A DNA stretch of 64,000 nt, taken from contig OZ024740.1 of the NCBI GenBank assembly GCA_964016885.1, forward strand, positions 257,610,001 to 257,674,000. Direction: 5' to 3'. A model generated the notes under the pieces. That model ran no database searches, was not told the origin of the DNA, and saw only the letters and a program-made list of their open reading frames with translations. Of this stretch, positions 12,075 to 27,200 are shown piece by piece. The translations under genes and the position numbers were made by a program. Source of the stretch: Eledone cirrhosa. Its lineage: Eukaryota. Each line of letters begins with the position of its first letter. The first letter of the stretch is position 1.

Positions 12075-12110
12075 TCTTAACGTATCGGACGCTAGTCCTT
12101 CATCAGAAGA
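12075..12110 (-). ncRNA. Minimal hammerhead motif, mutated (GATA in place of GAAA)
   Basis: Reverse complement TCTT-CTGATGA-AGGAC-TAGC-GTCC-GATA-CGTTAAGA. An inverted partial copy at ~12030 retains GAAACGTTAAGAC. Same family as 41548 and 56955. Confidence 0.6.
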
Positions 12111-12332
12111 AAGAATCAGAAATAAGATAGATTGAGGGACGGGCGGGTTGGAATTGGAAAAAATATCTTTAGATAGAAATGACAGGTCCATTGATGTTGA
12201 CATCTCTTGCTAAACTGTTGGTGCTGGCGTTTTGTGTATGATTTATTTTTTAGAAAATTTTATGATGGCGCGCGCCTACTAAAATTGAAAAAGAACCGTT
12301 TTGTAAAAAGAGCTATATGTAGTAACAATTGT

Positions 12333-12519
12333 TTCTACTTTTGGCACAAGGCCAGCAATTATCCCATTACATTGCTGGTACTTTATTTTATCGACCCCGT
12401 AAGGATGAAAGGCAAAGTTAACCTCAGCAGGATTTAAACTCAGACCGTAAAGGGTCGTAACTCTAAGCTGCAAACTATGGCCTCCGCCTCTCTACCGATA
12501 CTGCCAACCCACCGCCTTA
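12333..12519 (-). mobile_element. tRNA-derived SINE with Nin/Deu-like central domain (octopus-type)
   Basis: Reverse complement has a B-box-like GAGTTTAAATCC, then TTTGCCTTTCATCCTTACGGGGTCGATAAAATAAAGTACCAG and a 3' AATTGCTGGCCTTGTGCCAAAA. Recognised from memory; further copies at ~43415-43490 and 43950-44090. Confidence 0.75.
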
Positions 12520-13257
12520 TATATAGTAATAATATGAGTGAAATATTTCTCTCTTATTTTGGTGAGCCGCGATAAGTTTAATATGTTAATAAATTTGACA
12601 GTATGCAGGAATTTAAGTCCATGTTATAATCTAAACGGATTGAGATCCTAGTAGATGAAGACTACCAGAGCACCAATAGTTAACATAATAGTTCCTGAAG
12701 AAATGGTGATCTTTATTTCGGTTTCACCAAAACCATGAACAACAACTATAAAACGAGTATCATAGAAAAGCTTCAACAACAACAGCAGCAGCATCTGTTG
12801 TAGCCAAAAGAAAAAATAACATCAACGACAGTATTTGAATGACACCCACACAATATGTTTAATAGAATAACTAAACCAACATTCTCAATAACAATATTAA
12901 TAGCAAATAGCAAACGAGTATTAAAGAAAAGATGTAACATATCATCTCTCTCTCTCAAACATACAATATATCTATACTAACTAAAACAACAACTACAACA
13001 TTTTCGATCAGGAATAATAACAACCACCACATATTTAATAACAATAACAACAACAACAGCAGCAATAAACAAAAACAAATATAACAAGGACAAAAATAAA
13101 GAAAAGATATAGTAATGTTTAGGCATCACTGAGGAATATGATAAAAATTTCCACATTAATAGCAGGAAAATATATGGTAAAGCCAGCGTTAAGATAGGTG
13201 AACGGTGGGATAATACATTTGTAACACAACCACCAACATCGTAAACCTCAAAATGTG

Positions 13258-13375
<118 letters not shown>

Positions 13376-13559
13376 TATATATGTATACATATATATACAT
13401 ACTTATATAATACGGACACATACACACACACACACACACTTATCTATATATATGACATATACGTGTAGCAATTACAGTAAGAAAATATATAGTAAGAAAA
13501 ATATATAAATATGGAGACAATGATCAGGATCGGCTTCAGCAACACAAACATCAACATAA

Positions 13560-13910
13560 CCATCATCAACAACTATATCAAACCGGTGTTAGAGGTGTTG
13601 TTCGTGGTTTTATTGTTAGTGGTTTTGTTGTTAGTGGTGTTGTTGGTGTTGTTGGTGTGTTGGTGTGTTGGTGATGGAATTATTCTGATTGTTGCTGTTG
13701 GTGTTGTTGATGGTCGTTTTGTTGGTGGTAGTATTGCTGTTGCTACTGTTGTTTGCGGTTCATTTGTTGTGGGTTTTGGAGTTGTTGTTTGTGGTGTTGA
13801 GGTATGGGTGTTGTTACTCTAGCTGTTGTTGTTAGTGGTGGTGTTGTTGGTGGTGAAGGTGTTTTGGTTGTTCCTGTTGGTGTTGTTGTTGGTATTATTG
13901 GTATTACAAT
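13560..13910. repeat. Degenerate (GTT/GGT)n low-complexity tract
   Basis: Direct reading; same composition as the large array but on the opposite strand. Confidence 0.8.
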
Positions 13911-13974
13911 ATGCCACCCATAAAACGTTTTATTAATGAAAATCAAAATATCATTTAAAAATCTATTTCAAACT

Positions 13975-14826
13975 ACAGATATTTATATTATGGAGGAGCT
14001 TGGCAGTACGGGGTCCAAGTACGACTGAGGTCTCGACGGCGATCGGTGCAAACATGCGGCCGGACAATCCCCGGTATTTGTTTGTCTTCCCTTCCTCTAC
14101 ATTGCGGGCCGAAGTACCGAAGCGACAAAGTTGGAGGTGGAGAACGTGTCGCAACATGTGGTGTCCCAGATGAGGGATCTACGTCCTTGGAATGGGAAAA
14201 TGACAATTTCAATAGGGTGCTCGTCATCTCCACGGTCGAGGCCTGCTGGCTCCAGTTGTGATGGGAAGCCAACATCGTCCAGACACCTTCCCAATATGTC
14301 GTTGAGAGCGGCATGTTGGGGGAACCGGCCTGCACTCTGGTGGAAAGACAGTGAGTGCAGACTGAACTTGTCAACAACTGCCCTGAAAGAGCATATATGT
14401 GGCTCACACGCGGACGCCGAGGTGATCCGTCACTCCGATGCGAGGGACACGTCATCAAGAATGACAGCCGGTTGATGAGGAGAGCACCAAATGAAAACGG
14501 GCACCGCTGTTGGGCAGTGAAATGGAGCGGAGGAGGGCAATGTGGTGTTGGTCCAATTCAGACTCAATCCGACTTGTATTTGATTTCGTCCCTGTTACGT
14601 CGGGCATTTGTATATGGGGGAACAGAGATGCCTCCACCTGTCTAGTCGGGCAAAAACTGTTCGAACTCTGGGTCCACGCCATGTTCGGCCGTCTTGATGA
14701 GGACTTCGCTGACGAGTGCTCCACTGGAAGAGATTGAGAAATGTAGGCCGATAGAGACAGACCCCAAGAGGATCGTAGGCCAAGGCCACCGAACCTCACT
14801 GGGAGCTTCGCCTTGGGCTCTTTCCA
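13975..14826 (-). pseudogene. Decayed CRE-like non-LTR retrotransposon 3' fragment (RT thumb and restriction-like endonuclease)
   Basis: Minus frames give AKLPVRFGGLGLRS, GFPSQLEPAGLDRGDD, RSLIWDTTCCDTF and KTNKYRGLSGRMFAPIAVETSVVLGP, the order expected for an RLE-type C-terminus; frameshifted. Confidence 0.75.
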
Positions 14827-14838
14827 TATATGTAAATC

Positions 14839-14923
<85 letters not shown>

Positions 14924-15244
14924 AGTGTGTGTGTGTTAAACACCTCTCACGACATCTCAAATAACAGTATCAACAAGGACACAAATATTAACGACCAGAC
15001 AATACAGACATCACCACCACCATCAGTTCCACTACCACCATTACCAATAACACCAACAGTACCACCAACATCAATAATTAATCCACAACCAACAAAAACA
15101 TCACCAATACCACCACCAACAACAACAAAGCCACCTGCAACATCATCAACGCCAACATCAACAACTCTACCAACCCCAACACCACCACGGCTATCAGCAA
15201 CGTTAAACACATCAATACTAACATCAACAACGAATCCACCATGA

Positions 15245-18200
15245 ATACCACCACCAACACCAATATCAACAAGAACACCACCACCACCAATCCCAACTCC
15301 ACTAACACCACCAACAACAACAATACAACCAACCCCAACTCCACTAACACCACCACCACCACCACCAATAACACTACAACCAACCCCAACGCCACCAATA
15401 CCACTACAACCACCCCCAACTCCACCAACACCACCACCACCAACAACGACACTACAACCAACCCCAACTCCACCAACACCACCACCACCAACACCAACAC
15501 TACAACCAACCCCAACTCCACCAACACCACCACCACCAACACCAACACTACAACCAACCCCAACTCCACCAACACCACCACCACCAACACCAACACTACA
15601 ACCAACCCCAACTCCACCAACACCACCACCATCAACAACACCACCACCAACGCCAACTCCACCAACACCACCACCACCAACACCAACACTACAACCAACC
15701 CCAACTCCACCGACACCACCACTTACAACAACAACAATACAGACAACCACAACTCCACCAACACCACCACCAACTCCACCAAAACTAACCACCACCAACT
15801 CCACGAACACCACCACCGCCAATAACAACAGTACAACCAATCCCAACTCCACTAACACCACCAACACCAACACTACATCCAACCCCAACTCCACCAACAC
15901 CACCACCACCAACACCAACACTACAACCAGCCCCAACTCCACCAACACCACCACCACCAACACCAACACTACAACCAACCCCAACTCAACTAACACCACC
16001 AACACCAACACTACAACCAACCCCAACTCCACCAACACCACCACCACCAACACCAACAACACTACAACCAACCCCAACTCCACTAACACAACCAACCCCA
16101 ACTCCACCAACACCACCACCACCAACACCAACACTACAACCAACCCCAACTCCACCAACACCACCACCACCAACACCAACACTACAACCAACCCCAACTC
16201 CACCAACACCACCACCACCAACACCAACACTACAACCAACCTCAACTCCACCAACACCACCACCACCAACACCAACACTACAACCAACCCCAACTCCACC
16301 AACACCACCACCACCAACACCAACACTACAACCAACCCCAACTCCACCAACACCAGCACCATCAACAACACCACCACCAACGCCAACTCCACCAACACCA
16401 CCACCACCAACACCAACACTACAACCAACCCCAACTCCACCAACACCACCACCACCACCACCAACACTACAACCAACCACAACTCCACCAACACCACCAC
16501 CACCTTCACCAACACTACAACCAACCCCAACTCCACCAACACCACCACCACCAACACCAACACTACAACCAACCCCAACTCCACCAACACCACCACCACC
16601 AACAACAACACTACAACCAACCCCAACTCCACTAACACAACCAACCCCAACTCCACCAACACCACCACCACCTTCACCAACACTACAACCAACCCCAACT
16701 CCACCAACACCACCACCACCAACAACAACACTACAACCAACCCCAACTCCACCAACACCACCACCACCACCAACAACAACACTACAACCAACCCCAACTC
16801 CACCAGCACCAGCACCACCAACAACAACACTACAACCAACCCCAACTCCACTAACACAACCAACCCCAACTCCACCAACACCACCACCACCAACAACAAC
16901 ACTACAACCAACCCCAACTCCACCAACACCACCACCACCACCACCAACAACACTACAACCAACCCCAACTCCACTAACACAACCAACCCCAACTCCACCA
17001 ACACCACCACCACCAACAACAACACTACAACCAACCCCAACTCCACCAACACCACCACCACCACCAACAACAACACTACAACCAACCCCAACTCCACTAA
17101 CACAACCAACCCCAACTCCACCAACACCACCACCACCATCACCAACACTACAAGCAACCCCAACTCCACTAACACCACCACCACCAACACCAACACTACA
17201 ACCAACCTCAACTCCACCAACACCATCAGCACCAACAACAACACTACAACCAACCCCAACTCCACCGACACCACCACCACCATCACCAACACTACAACCA
17301 ACCCCAACACCACTAACACCACCACCAACAACAACAACACTACAACCAACCCCAACTCCACCAACTCCACCAACACCACCACCACCAACTCCACCAACAC
17401 CACCACCACCAACAACAACACTACAACCAACCCCAACTCCACCGACACCACCACCACCAACACCAGCAATACAACCAACCCCAACTCCACCAACACTACC
17501 ACCACCAACACCAACACTACAACCAACCCCAACTCCACCACCAACACCACCACCACCAACAACTACACTACAACCAACCCCAACTCCACTAACACCACCA
17601 TCACCAACACCAACACTACAACCAACCCCAACTCCACTAACACCACCACCACCAACACCAACACTACAACCAACCTCAACTCCACCACCACCACCACCAC
17701 CCTCACCAACACTACAAACAACCCCAACTCCACCAACACCACCACCACCAACAACTACACTACAACCAACCCCAACTCCACTAACACAACCATCACCATC
17801 ACCAACAATACAACCAACCCCAACTCCACCAACACCACCCTCACCAACACTACAACCAACCCCAACTCCACTAACACCACCACCACCAAAACCAACAATA
17901 CAACCAACCCCAACTCCACCAACACCACCAACACCAACACGACAACCAACCCCAACTCCACCAACACCACCACCACCAACAACAACACTACAACCAACCC
18001 CAACTCCACCAACACCACCACCACCAACACCAACAATACAACCAACCCCAACTCCACCAACACCACCACCACCATCACCAACGCTACAACCAACCCCAAC
18101 TCCACCAACACCACCACCACCAACACCAACACTACAACCAACCTCAACTCCACCAACAACAACACTACAACCAACCCCAACTCCACCAACACCACCACCA

Positions 18201-21200
18201 CCATCACCAACACTACAACCAACCCCAACTCCACCAACACCAACACTACAACCAACCCCAACTCCACCAACACCACCACCACCAACACCAACACTACAAC
18301 CAACCCCAACTCCACCAACACCACCACCACCAACACCAACAATACAACCAACCGCAACTCCACCAACACCAACACCACCATCACCAACGCTACAACCAAC
18401 CCCAACTCCACCAACACCACCACCACCAACAACAACACTACAACCAACCCCAACTCCACCAACGCCACCACCACCAACACCAACAATACAACCAACCCCA
18501 ACTCCACCAACACCAACACCACCATCACCAACACTACAACCAACCCCAACTCCACCAACACCACCACCACCAACAACAACACTACAACCAGCCCCAACTC
18601 CACCAACACCACCACCACCAACACTACAACCAACCCCAACTCCACCAACGCCACCACCACCAACACCAACAATACAACCAACCCCAACTCCACCAACACC
18701 AACACCACCATCACCAACAATACAACCAAACCCAACTCCACCAACACCACCACCACCAACAACAACACTACAACAAGCCCCAACTCCACCAACACCACCA
18801 CCACCAACACTACAACCAACCCCAACTCCACCAACGCCACCACCACCAACACCAACAATACAACCAACCCCAACTCCACCAACACCAACACCACCATCAC
18901 CAACACTACAACCAACCCCAACTCCACCAACACCACCACCACCAACAACAACACTACAACCAGCCCCAACTCCACCAACACCACCATCACCAACACTACA
19001 ACCAACCCCAACTCCACCAACACCACCACAACCAACACCAACACTACAACCAACCCCAACTCCACTAACACCACCACCACCAACACCAACACTACAACCA
19101 ACCTCAACTCCACCACCACCACCACCACCCTCACCAACACTACAAACAACCCCAACTCCACCAACACCACCACCACCAACAACTACACTACAACCAACCC
19201 CAACTCCACTAACACAACCATCACCATCACCAACAATACAACCAACCCCAACGCCACCAACACCACCCTCACCAACACTACAACCAACCCCAACTCCACT
19301 AACACCACCACCACCAAAACCAACAATACAACCAACCCCAACTCCACCAACACCACCAACACCAACACGACAACCAACCCCAACTCCACCAACACCACCA
19401 CCACCAACAACAACACTACAACCAACCCCAACTCCACCAACACCACCACCACCAACACCAACAATACAACCAACCCCAACTCCACCAAAACCACACTCAC
19501 CAACACTACAACCAACCCCAACTCCACTAACACCACCACCACCAAAACCAACAATACAACCAACCCCAACTCCACCAACACCACCAACACCAACACTACA
19601 ACCAACCCCAACTCCACCAACACCACCACCACCAACAATACGACCAACCCCAACTCCACCAACACCACCCTCACCAACACTACAACCAACCCCAACTCCA
19701 CTAACACCACCACCACTAAAACCAACAATACAACCAACCCCAACTCCACCAACACCACCACCACCAACACCAACACTACAACCAACCCCAACTCCACCAG
19801 CACCAGCACCACCAACAACAACACTACAACCAACCCCAACTCCACCAACACCACCACCACCAACACCAACAATACAACCAGCCCCAACTCCACCAACACC
19901 ACTAACACCAACACTACAACCAACCCCAACTCCACCAACACCACCACCACCATCACCAACACTACAACCAACCCCAACTCCACCAACACCACCACCACCA
20001 ACAACAACACTACAACCAAGCCCCACTCCACCAACACCACCACCACCAACAACAACACTACAACCAACCCAACTCCACTAACACCACCACCAACAACAAC
20101 AACACTACAACCAACCCCAACTCCACCAACACCGCACCACCAACACCAACACTACAACCAACCCCAACTCCACCACAACCACCACCACCTTCACCAACGC
20201 TACAACCAACCCCAACTCCACCAACACCACCACCACCAACAACAACACTACAACCAACCCCAACTCCACCAACACCACCACCACCATCACCAACGCTACA
20301 ACCAACCCCAACTCCACCAGCACCACCACCACCAACACCAACACTACAACCAACCTCAACTCCACCAACACCACCACCACCAACAACAACACTACAACCA
20401 ACCCCAACTCCACCAACACCACCACCACCAACACCAACAATACAACCAACCCCAACTCCACCAACACCACCACCACCAACACCAACACTACAACCAACCT
20501 CAACTCCACCAACACCACCACCACCAACACCAACACTACAACCAACCTCAACTCCACCAACAACAACACTACAACCAACCCCAAATCCACCAACACCACC
20601 ACCACCATCACCAACACTACAACCAACCCCAACTCCACCAACACCAACACTACAACCAACCCCAACTCCACCAACACCACCACCACCAACACTACAACCA
20701 ACCCCAACTCCACTAACACCACCACCACCAAAACCAACAATACAACCAACCCCAACTCCACCAACACCAACACCACCATCACCAACACTACAACCAACCC
20801 CAACTCCACCAACACCACCACCACCAACAACAACACTACAACCAGCCCCAACTCCACCAACACCACCACCACCAACACTACAACCAACCCCAACTCCACC
20901 AACGCCACCACCACCAACACCAACAATACAACCAACCCCAACTCCACCAACACTACAACCAGCCCCAACTCCACCAACACCACCACCACCAACACTACAA
21001 CCAACCTCAACTCCACCAACGCCACCACCACCAACACCAACAATACAACCAACCCCAACTCCACCAACACCAACACCACCATCACCAACACTACAACCAA
21101 CCCCAACTCCACCAACACCACCACCACCAACAACAACACTACAACCAGACCCAACTCCACCAACACCACCATCACCAACACTACAACCAACCCCAACTCC

Positions 21201-24200
21201 ACCAACACCTCCACCACCAACACCAACAATACAACCAACCCCAACTCCACCAACACCACCACCACCAACAACAACACTACAACCAGCCCCAACTCCACCA
21301 ACACCACCACCACCATCACCAACGCTACAACCAACCCCAACTCCACCAACACCACCACCGCCAACACCAACACTACAACCAACCTCAACTCCACCAACAC
21401 CACCACCACCAACGACAACACTACAACCAACCCCAACTCCACCAACACCACCACCACCATCACCAACGCTACAACCAACCCCAACTCCACCAACACTACA
21501 ACCAACCCCAACTCCACCAACACCACCACCACCAACACCAACACTACAACCAACCCCAACTCCACTAACACCACCACCACCAACACCAACACTACAACCA
21601 ACCCCAACTCCACCAACACCAGCACCACCAACAACAACACTACAACCAACCCCAACTCCACTAACACCACCACCACCAACATCAACACTACAACCAACCT
21701 CAACTCCACCAACGCCACCACCACCAACGACAACACTACAACCAACCCCAACTCCACCAACACCACCACCACCATCACCAACGCTACAACCAACCCCAAC
21801 TCCACCAACACTACAACCAACCCCAACTCCACCAACACCACCACCACCAACACCAACACTACAACCAACCCCAACTCCAGTAACACCACCACCACCAACA
21901 CCAACACTACAACCAACCCCAACTCCACCAACACCACCACCAACAACAACACTACAACCAACCCCAACTCCACTAACACCACCACCACCAACATCAACAC
22001 TACAACCAACCCCAACTCCACCAACACCACCACCACCAACACCAACACTACAACCAACCCCAACTCCACTAACACCACCAACACCAACACCAACACTACA
22101 GCCAACCCCAACTCCACCAAGACCACCACCACCAACACCAACACTACAACCAACCCCAACTCCACTAACACCACCAACACCAACACCAACACTACAACCA
22201 ACCCCAACTCCACCAACACCACCACCACCAACACCAACACTACAACCAACCCCAACTCCACCACCACCACCACCACCAACAACAACACTACAACCAACCC
22301 CAACTCCACTAACACCACCAACACCAACACCAACACTACAACCAACCCCAACTCCACCAACACCACCACCACCAACACCAACACTACAACCAACCCCAAC
22401 TCCACCAACACCACCACCACCACCACCAACACTACAACCAACCCCAACTCCACCAACACCACCACCACCAACACCAACACTACAACCAACCCCAACTCCA
22501 CTAACACCACCACCACCAACACTACAACCAACCCCAACACCACCAACACCACCACCACCAACACCAACACTACAACCAACCCCAACTCCACCACCACCAC
22601 CACCAACAACAACAACACTACAACCAACCTCCAACTCCACTAACACCACCACCACCAACATCAACACCACCACCACCACCACCACCACCAACAAACAACC
22701 AACCCCAACTCCACTAACACCACCACCACCAACATCAACACTACAACCAGCCCCAACTCCACCAACACCGCACCCGCACCACCAACACTACAGCCAACCC
22801 CAACTCCACCACCACCACCACCACCAACAACAAAGCTACAACCAACCCCCAACTCCACTAACACCACCAACACCAACACTACAACCAACCTCAACTCCAC
22901 CAACACCACCACCACCAACACCAACAATACAACCAACCCCAACTCCACCAACACCACCACCACCAACACCAACACTACAACCAACCTCAACTCCACCAAC
23001 ACCACCACCACCAACACCAACACTACAACCAACCTCAACTCCACCAACAACAACACTACAACCAACCCCAAATCCACCAACACCACCACCACCATCACCA
23101 ACACTACAACCAACCCCAACTCCACCAACACCAACACTACAACCAACCCCAACTCCACCAACACCACCACCACCAACACTACAACCAACCCCAACTCCAC
23201 TAACACCACCACCACCAAAACCAACAATACAACCAACCCCAACTCCACCAACACCAACACCACCATCACCAACACTACAACCAACCCCAACTCCACCAAC
23301 ACCACCACCACCAACAACAACACTACAACCAGCCCCAACTCCACCAACACCACCACCACCAACACTACAACCAACCCCAACTCCACCAACGCCACCACCA
23401 CCAACACCAACAATACAACCAACCCCAACTCCACCAACACTACAACCAGCCCCAACTCCACCAACACCACCACCACCAACACTACAACCAACCTCAACTC
23501 CACCAACGCCACCACCACCAACACCAACAATACAACCAACCCCAACTCCACCAACACCAACACCACCATCACCAACACTACAACCAACCCCAACTCCACC
23601 AACACCACCACCACCAACAACAACACTACAACCAGACCCAACTCCACCAACACCACCATCACCAACACTACAACCAACCCCAACTCCACCAACACCTCCA
23701 CCACCAACACCAACAATACAACCAACCCCAACTCCACCAACACCACCACCACCAACAACAACACTACAACCAGCCCCAACTCCACCAACACCACCACCAC
23801 CATCACCAACGCTACAACCAACCCCAACTCCACCAACACCACCACCGCCAACACCAACACTACAACCAACCTCAACTCCACCAACACCACCACCACCAAC
23901 GACAACACTACAACCAACCCCAACTCCACCAACACCACCACCACCATCACCAACGCTACAACCAACCCCAACTCCACCAACACTACAACCAACCCCAACT
24001 CCACCAACACCACCACCACCAACACCAACACTACAACCAACCCCAACTCCACTAACACCACCACCACCAACACCAACACTACAACCAACCCCAACTCCAC
24101 CAACACCAGCACCACCAACAACAACACTACAACCAACCCCAACTCCACTAACACCACCACCACCAACATCAACACTACAACCAACCTCAACTCCACCAAC

Positions 24201-27200
24201 GCCACCACCACCAACGACAACACTACAACCAACCCCAACTCCACCAACACCACCACCACCATCACCAACGCTACAACCAACCCCAACTCCACCAACACTA
24301 CAACCAACCCCAACTCCACCAACACCACCGCCACCAACACCAACACTACAACCAACCCCAACTCCAGTAACACCACCACCACCAACACCAACACTACAAC
24401 CAACCCCAACTCCACCAACACCACCACCAACAACAACACTACAACCAACCCCAACTCCACTAACACCACCACCACCAACATCAACACTACAACCAACCCC
24501 AACTCCACCAACACCACCACCACCAACACCAACACTACAACCAACCCCAACTCCACTAACACCACCAACACCAACACCAACACTACAGCCAACCCCAACT
24601 CCACCAACACCACCACCACCAACACCAACACTACAACCAACCCCAACTCCACTAACACCACCAACACCAACACCAACACTACAACCAACCCCAACTCCAC
24701 CAACACCACCACCACCAACACCAACACTACAACCAACCCCAACTCCACCACCACCACCACCACCAACAACAACACTACAACCAACCCCAACTCCACTAAC
24801 ACCACCAACACCAACACCAACACTACAACCAACCCCAACTCCACCAACACCACCACCACCAACACCAACACTACAACCAACCCCAACTCCACCAACACCA
24901 CCACCACCACCACCAACACTACAACCAACCCCAACTCCACCAACACCACCACCACCAACATCAACACTACAACCAACCCCAACTCCACCAACACCACCAC
25001 CACCAACACCAACACTACAACCAACCTCAACTCCACCAACACCATCAGCACCAACAACAACACTACAACCAACCCCAACTCCACCGACACCACCACCACC
25101 ATCACCAACACTACAACCAACCCCAACACCACTAACACCACCACCAACAACAACAACACTACAACCAACCCCAACTCCACCAACTCCACCAACACCACCA
25201 CCACCAACTCCACCAACACCACCACCACCAACAACAACACTACAACCAACCCCAACTCCACCGACACCACCACCACCAACACCAGCAATACAACCAACCC
25301 CAACTCCACCAACACTACCACCACCAACACCAACACTACAACCAACCCCAACTCCACCACCAACACCACCACCACCAACAACTACACTACAACCAACCCC
25401 AACTCCACTAACACCACCATCACCAACACCAACACTACAACCAACCCCAACTCCACTAACACCACCACCACCAACACCAACACTACAACCAACCTCAACT
25501 CCACCACCACCACCACCACCCTCACCAACACTACAAACAACCCCAACTCCACCAACACCACCACCACCAACAACTACACTACAACCAACCCCAACTCCAC
25601 TAACACAACCATCACCATCACCAACAATACAACCAACCCCAACTCCACCAACACCACCCTCACCAACACTACAACCAACCCCAACTCCACTAACACCACC
25701 ACCACCAAAACCAACAATACAACCAACCCCAACTCCACCAACACCACCAACACCAACACGACAACCAACCCCAACTCCACCAACACCACCACCACCAACA
25801 ACAACACTACAACCAACCCCAACTCCACCAACACCACCACCACCAACACCAACAATACAACCAACCCCAACTCCACCAACACCACCACCACCATCACCAA
25901 CGCTACAACCAACCCCAACTCCACCAACACCACCACCACCAACACCAACACTACAACCAACCTCAACTCCACCAACAACAACACTACAACCAACCCCAAC
26001 TCCACCAACACCACCACCACCATCACCAACACTACAACCAACCCCAACTCCACCAACACCAACACTACAACCAACCCCAACTCCACCAACACCACCACCA
26101 CCAACACCAACACTACAACCAACCCCAACTCCACCAACACCACCACCACCAACACCAACAATACAACCAACCGCAACTCCACCAACACCAACACCACCAT
26201 CACCAACGCTACAACCAACCCCAACTCCACCAACACCACCACCACCAACAACAACACTACAACCAACCCCAACTCCACCAACGCCACCACCACCAACACC
26301 AACAATACAACCAACCCCAACACCACCAACACCAACACCACCATCACCAACACTACAACCAACCCCAACTCCACCAACACCACCACCACCAACAACAACA
26401 CTACAACCAGCCCCAACTCCACCAACACCACCACCACCAACACTACAACCAACCCCAACTCCACCAACGCCACCACCACCAACACCAACAATACAACCAA
26501 CCCCAACTCCACCAACACCAACACCACCATCACCAACAATACAACCAAACCCAACTCCACCAACACCACCACCACCAACAACAACACTACAACAAGCCCC
26601 AACTCCACCAACACCACCACCACCAACACTACAACCAACCCCAACTCCACCAACGCCACCACCACCAACACCAACAATACAACCAACCCCAACTCCACCA
26701 ACACCAACACCACCATCACCAACACTACAACCAACCCCAACTCCACCAACACCACCACCACCAACAACAACACTACAACCAGCCCCAACTCCACCAACAC
26801 CACCATCACCAACACTACAACCAACCCCAACTCCACCAACACCACCACCACCAACACCAACACTACAACCAACCCCAACTCCACTAACACCACCACCACC
26901 AACACCAACACTACAACCAACCTCAACTCCACCACCACCACCACCACCCTCACCAACACTACAAACAACCCCAACTCCACCAACACCACCACCACCAACA
27001 ACTACACTACAACCAACCCCAACTCCACTAACACAACCATCACCATCACCAACAATACAACCAACCCCAACGCCACCAACACCACCCTCACCAACACTAC
27101 AACCAACCCCAACTCCACTAACACCACCACCACCAAAACCAACAATACAACCAACCCCAACTCCACCAACACCACCAACACCAACACGACAACCAACCCC

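Noticed and set aside
12694-12745. CTGAAGA...ATGGT/ACCAT...GAAC as a hammerhead
   Set aside because: It has GAAC rather than GAAA, and no stem III, cleavage triplet or stem I.
15236-15825. Kozak-like CCACCATG opening a 194-aa N/T-rich ORF
   Set aside because: CCACC is the background repeat sequence; the ORF has no signal peptide and ends after a frameshift.
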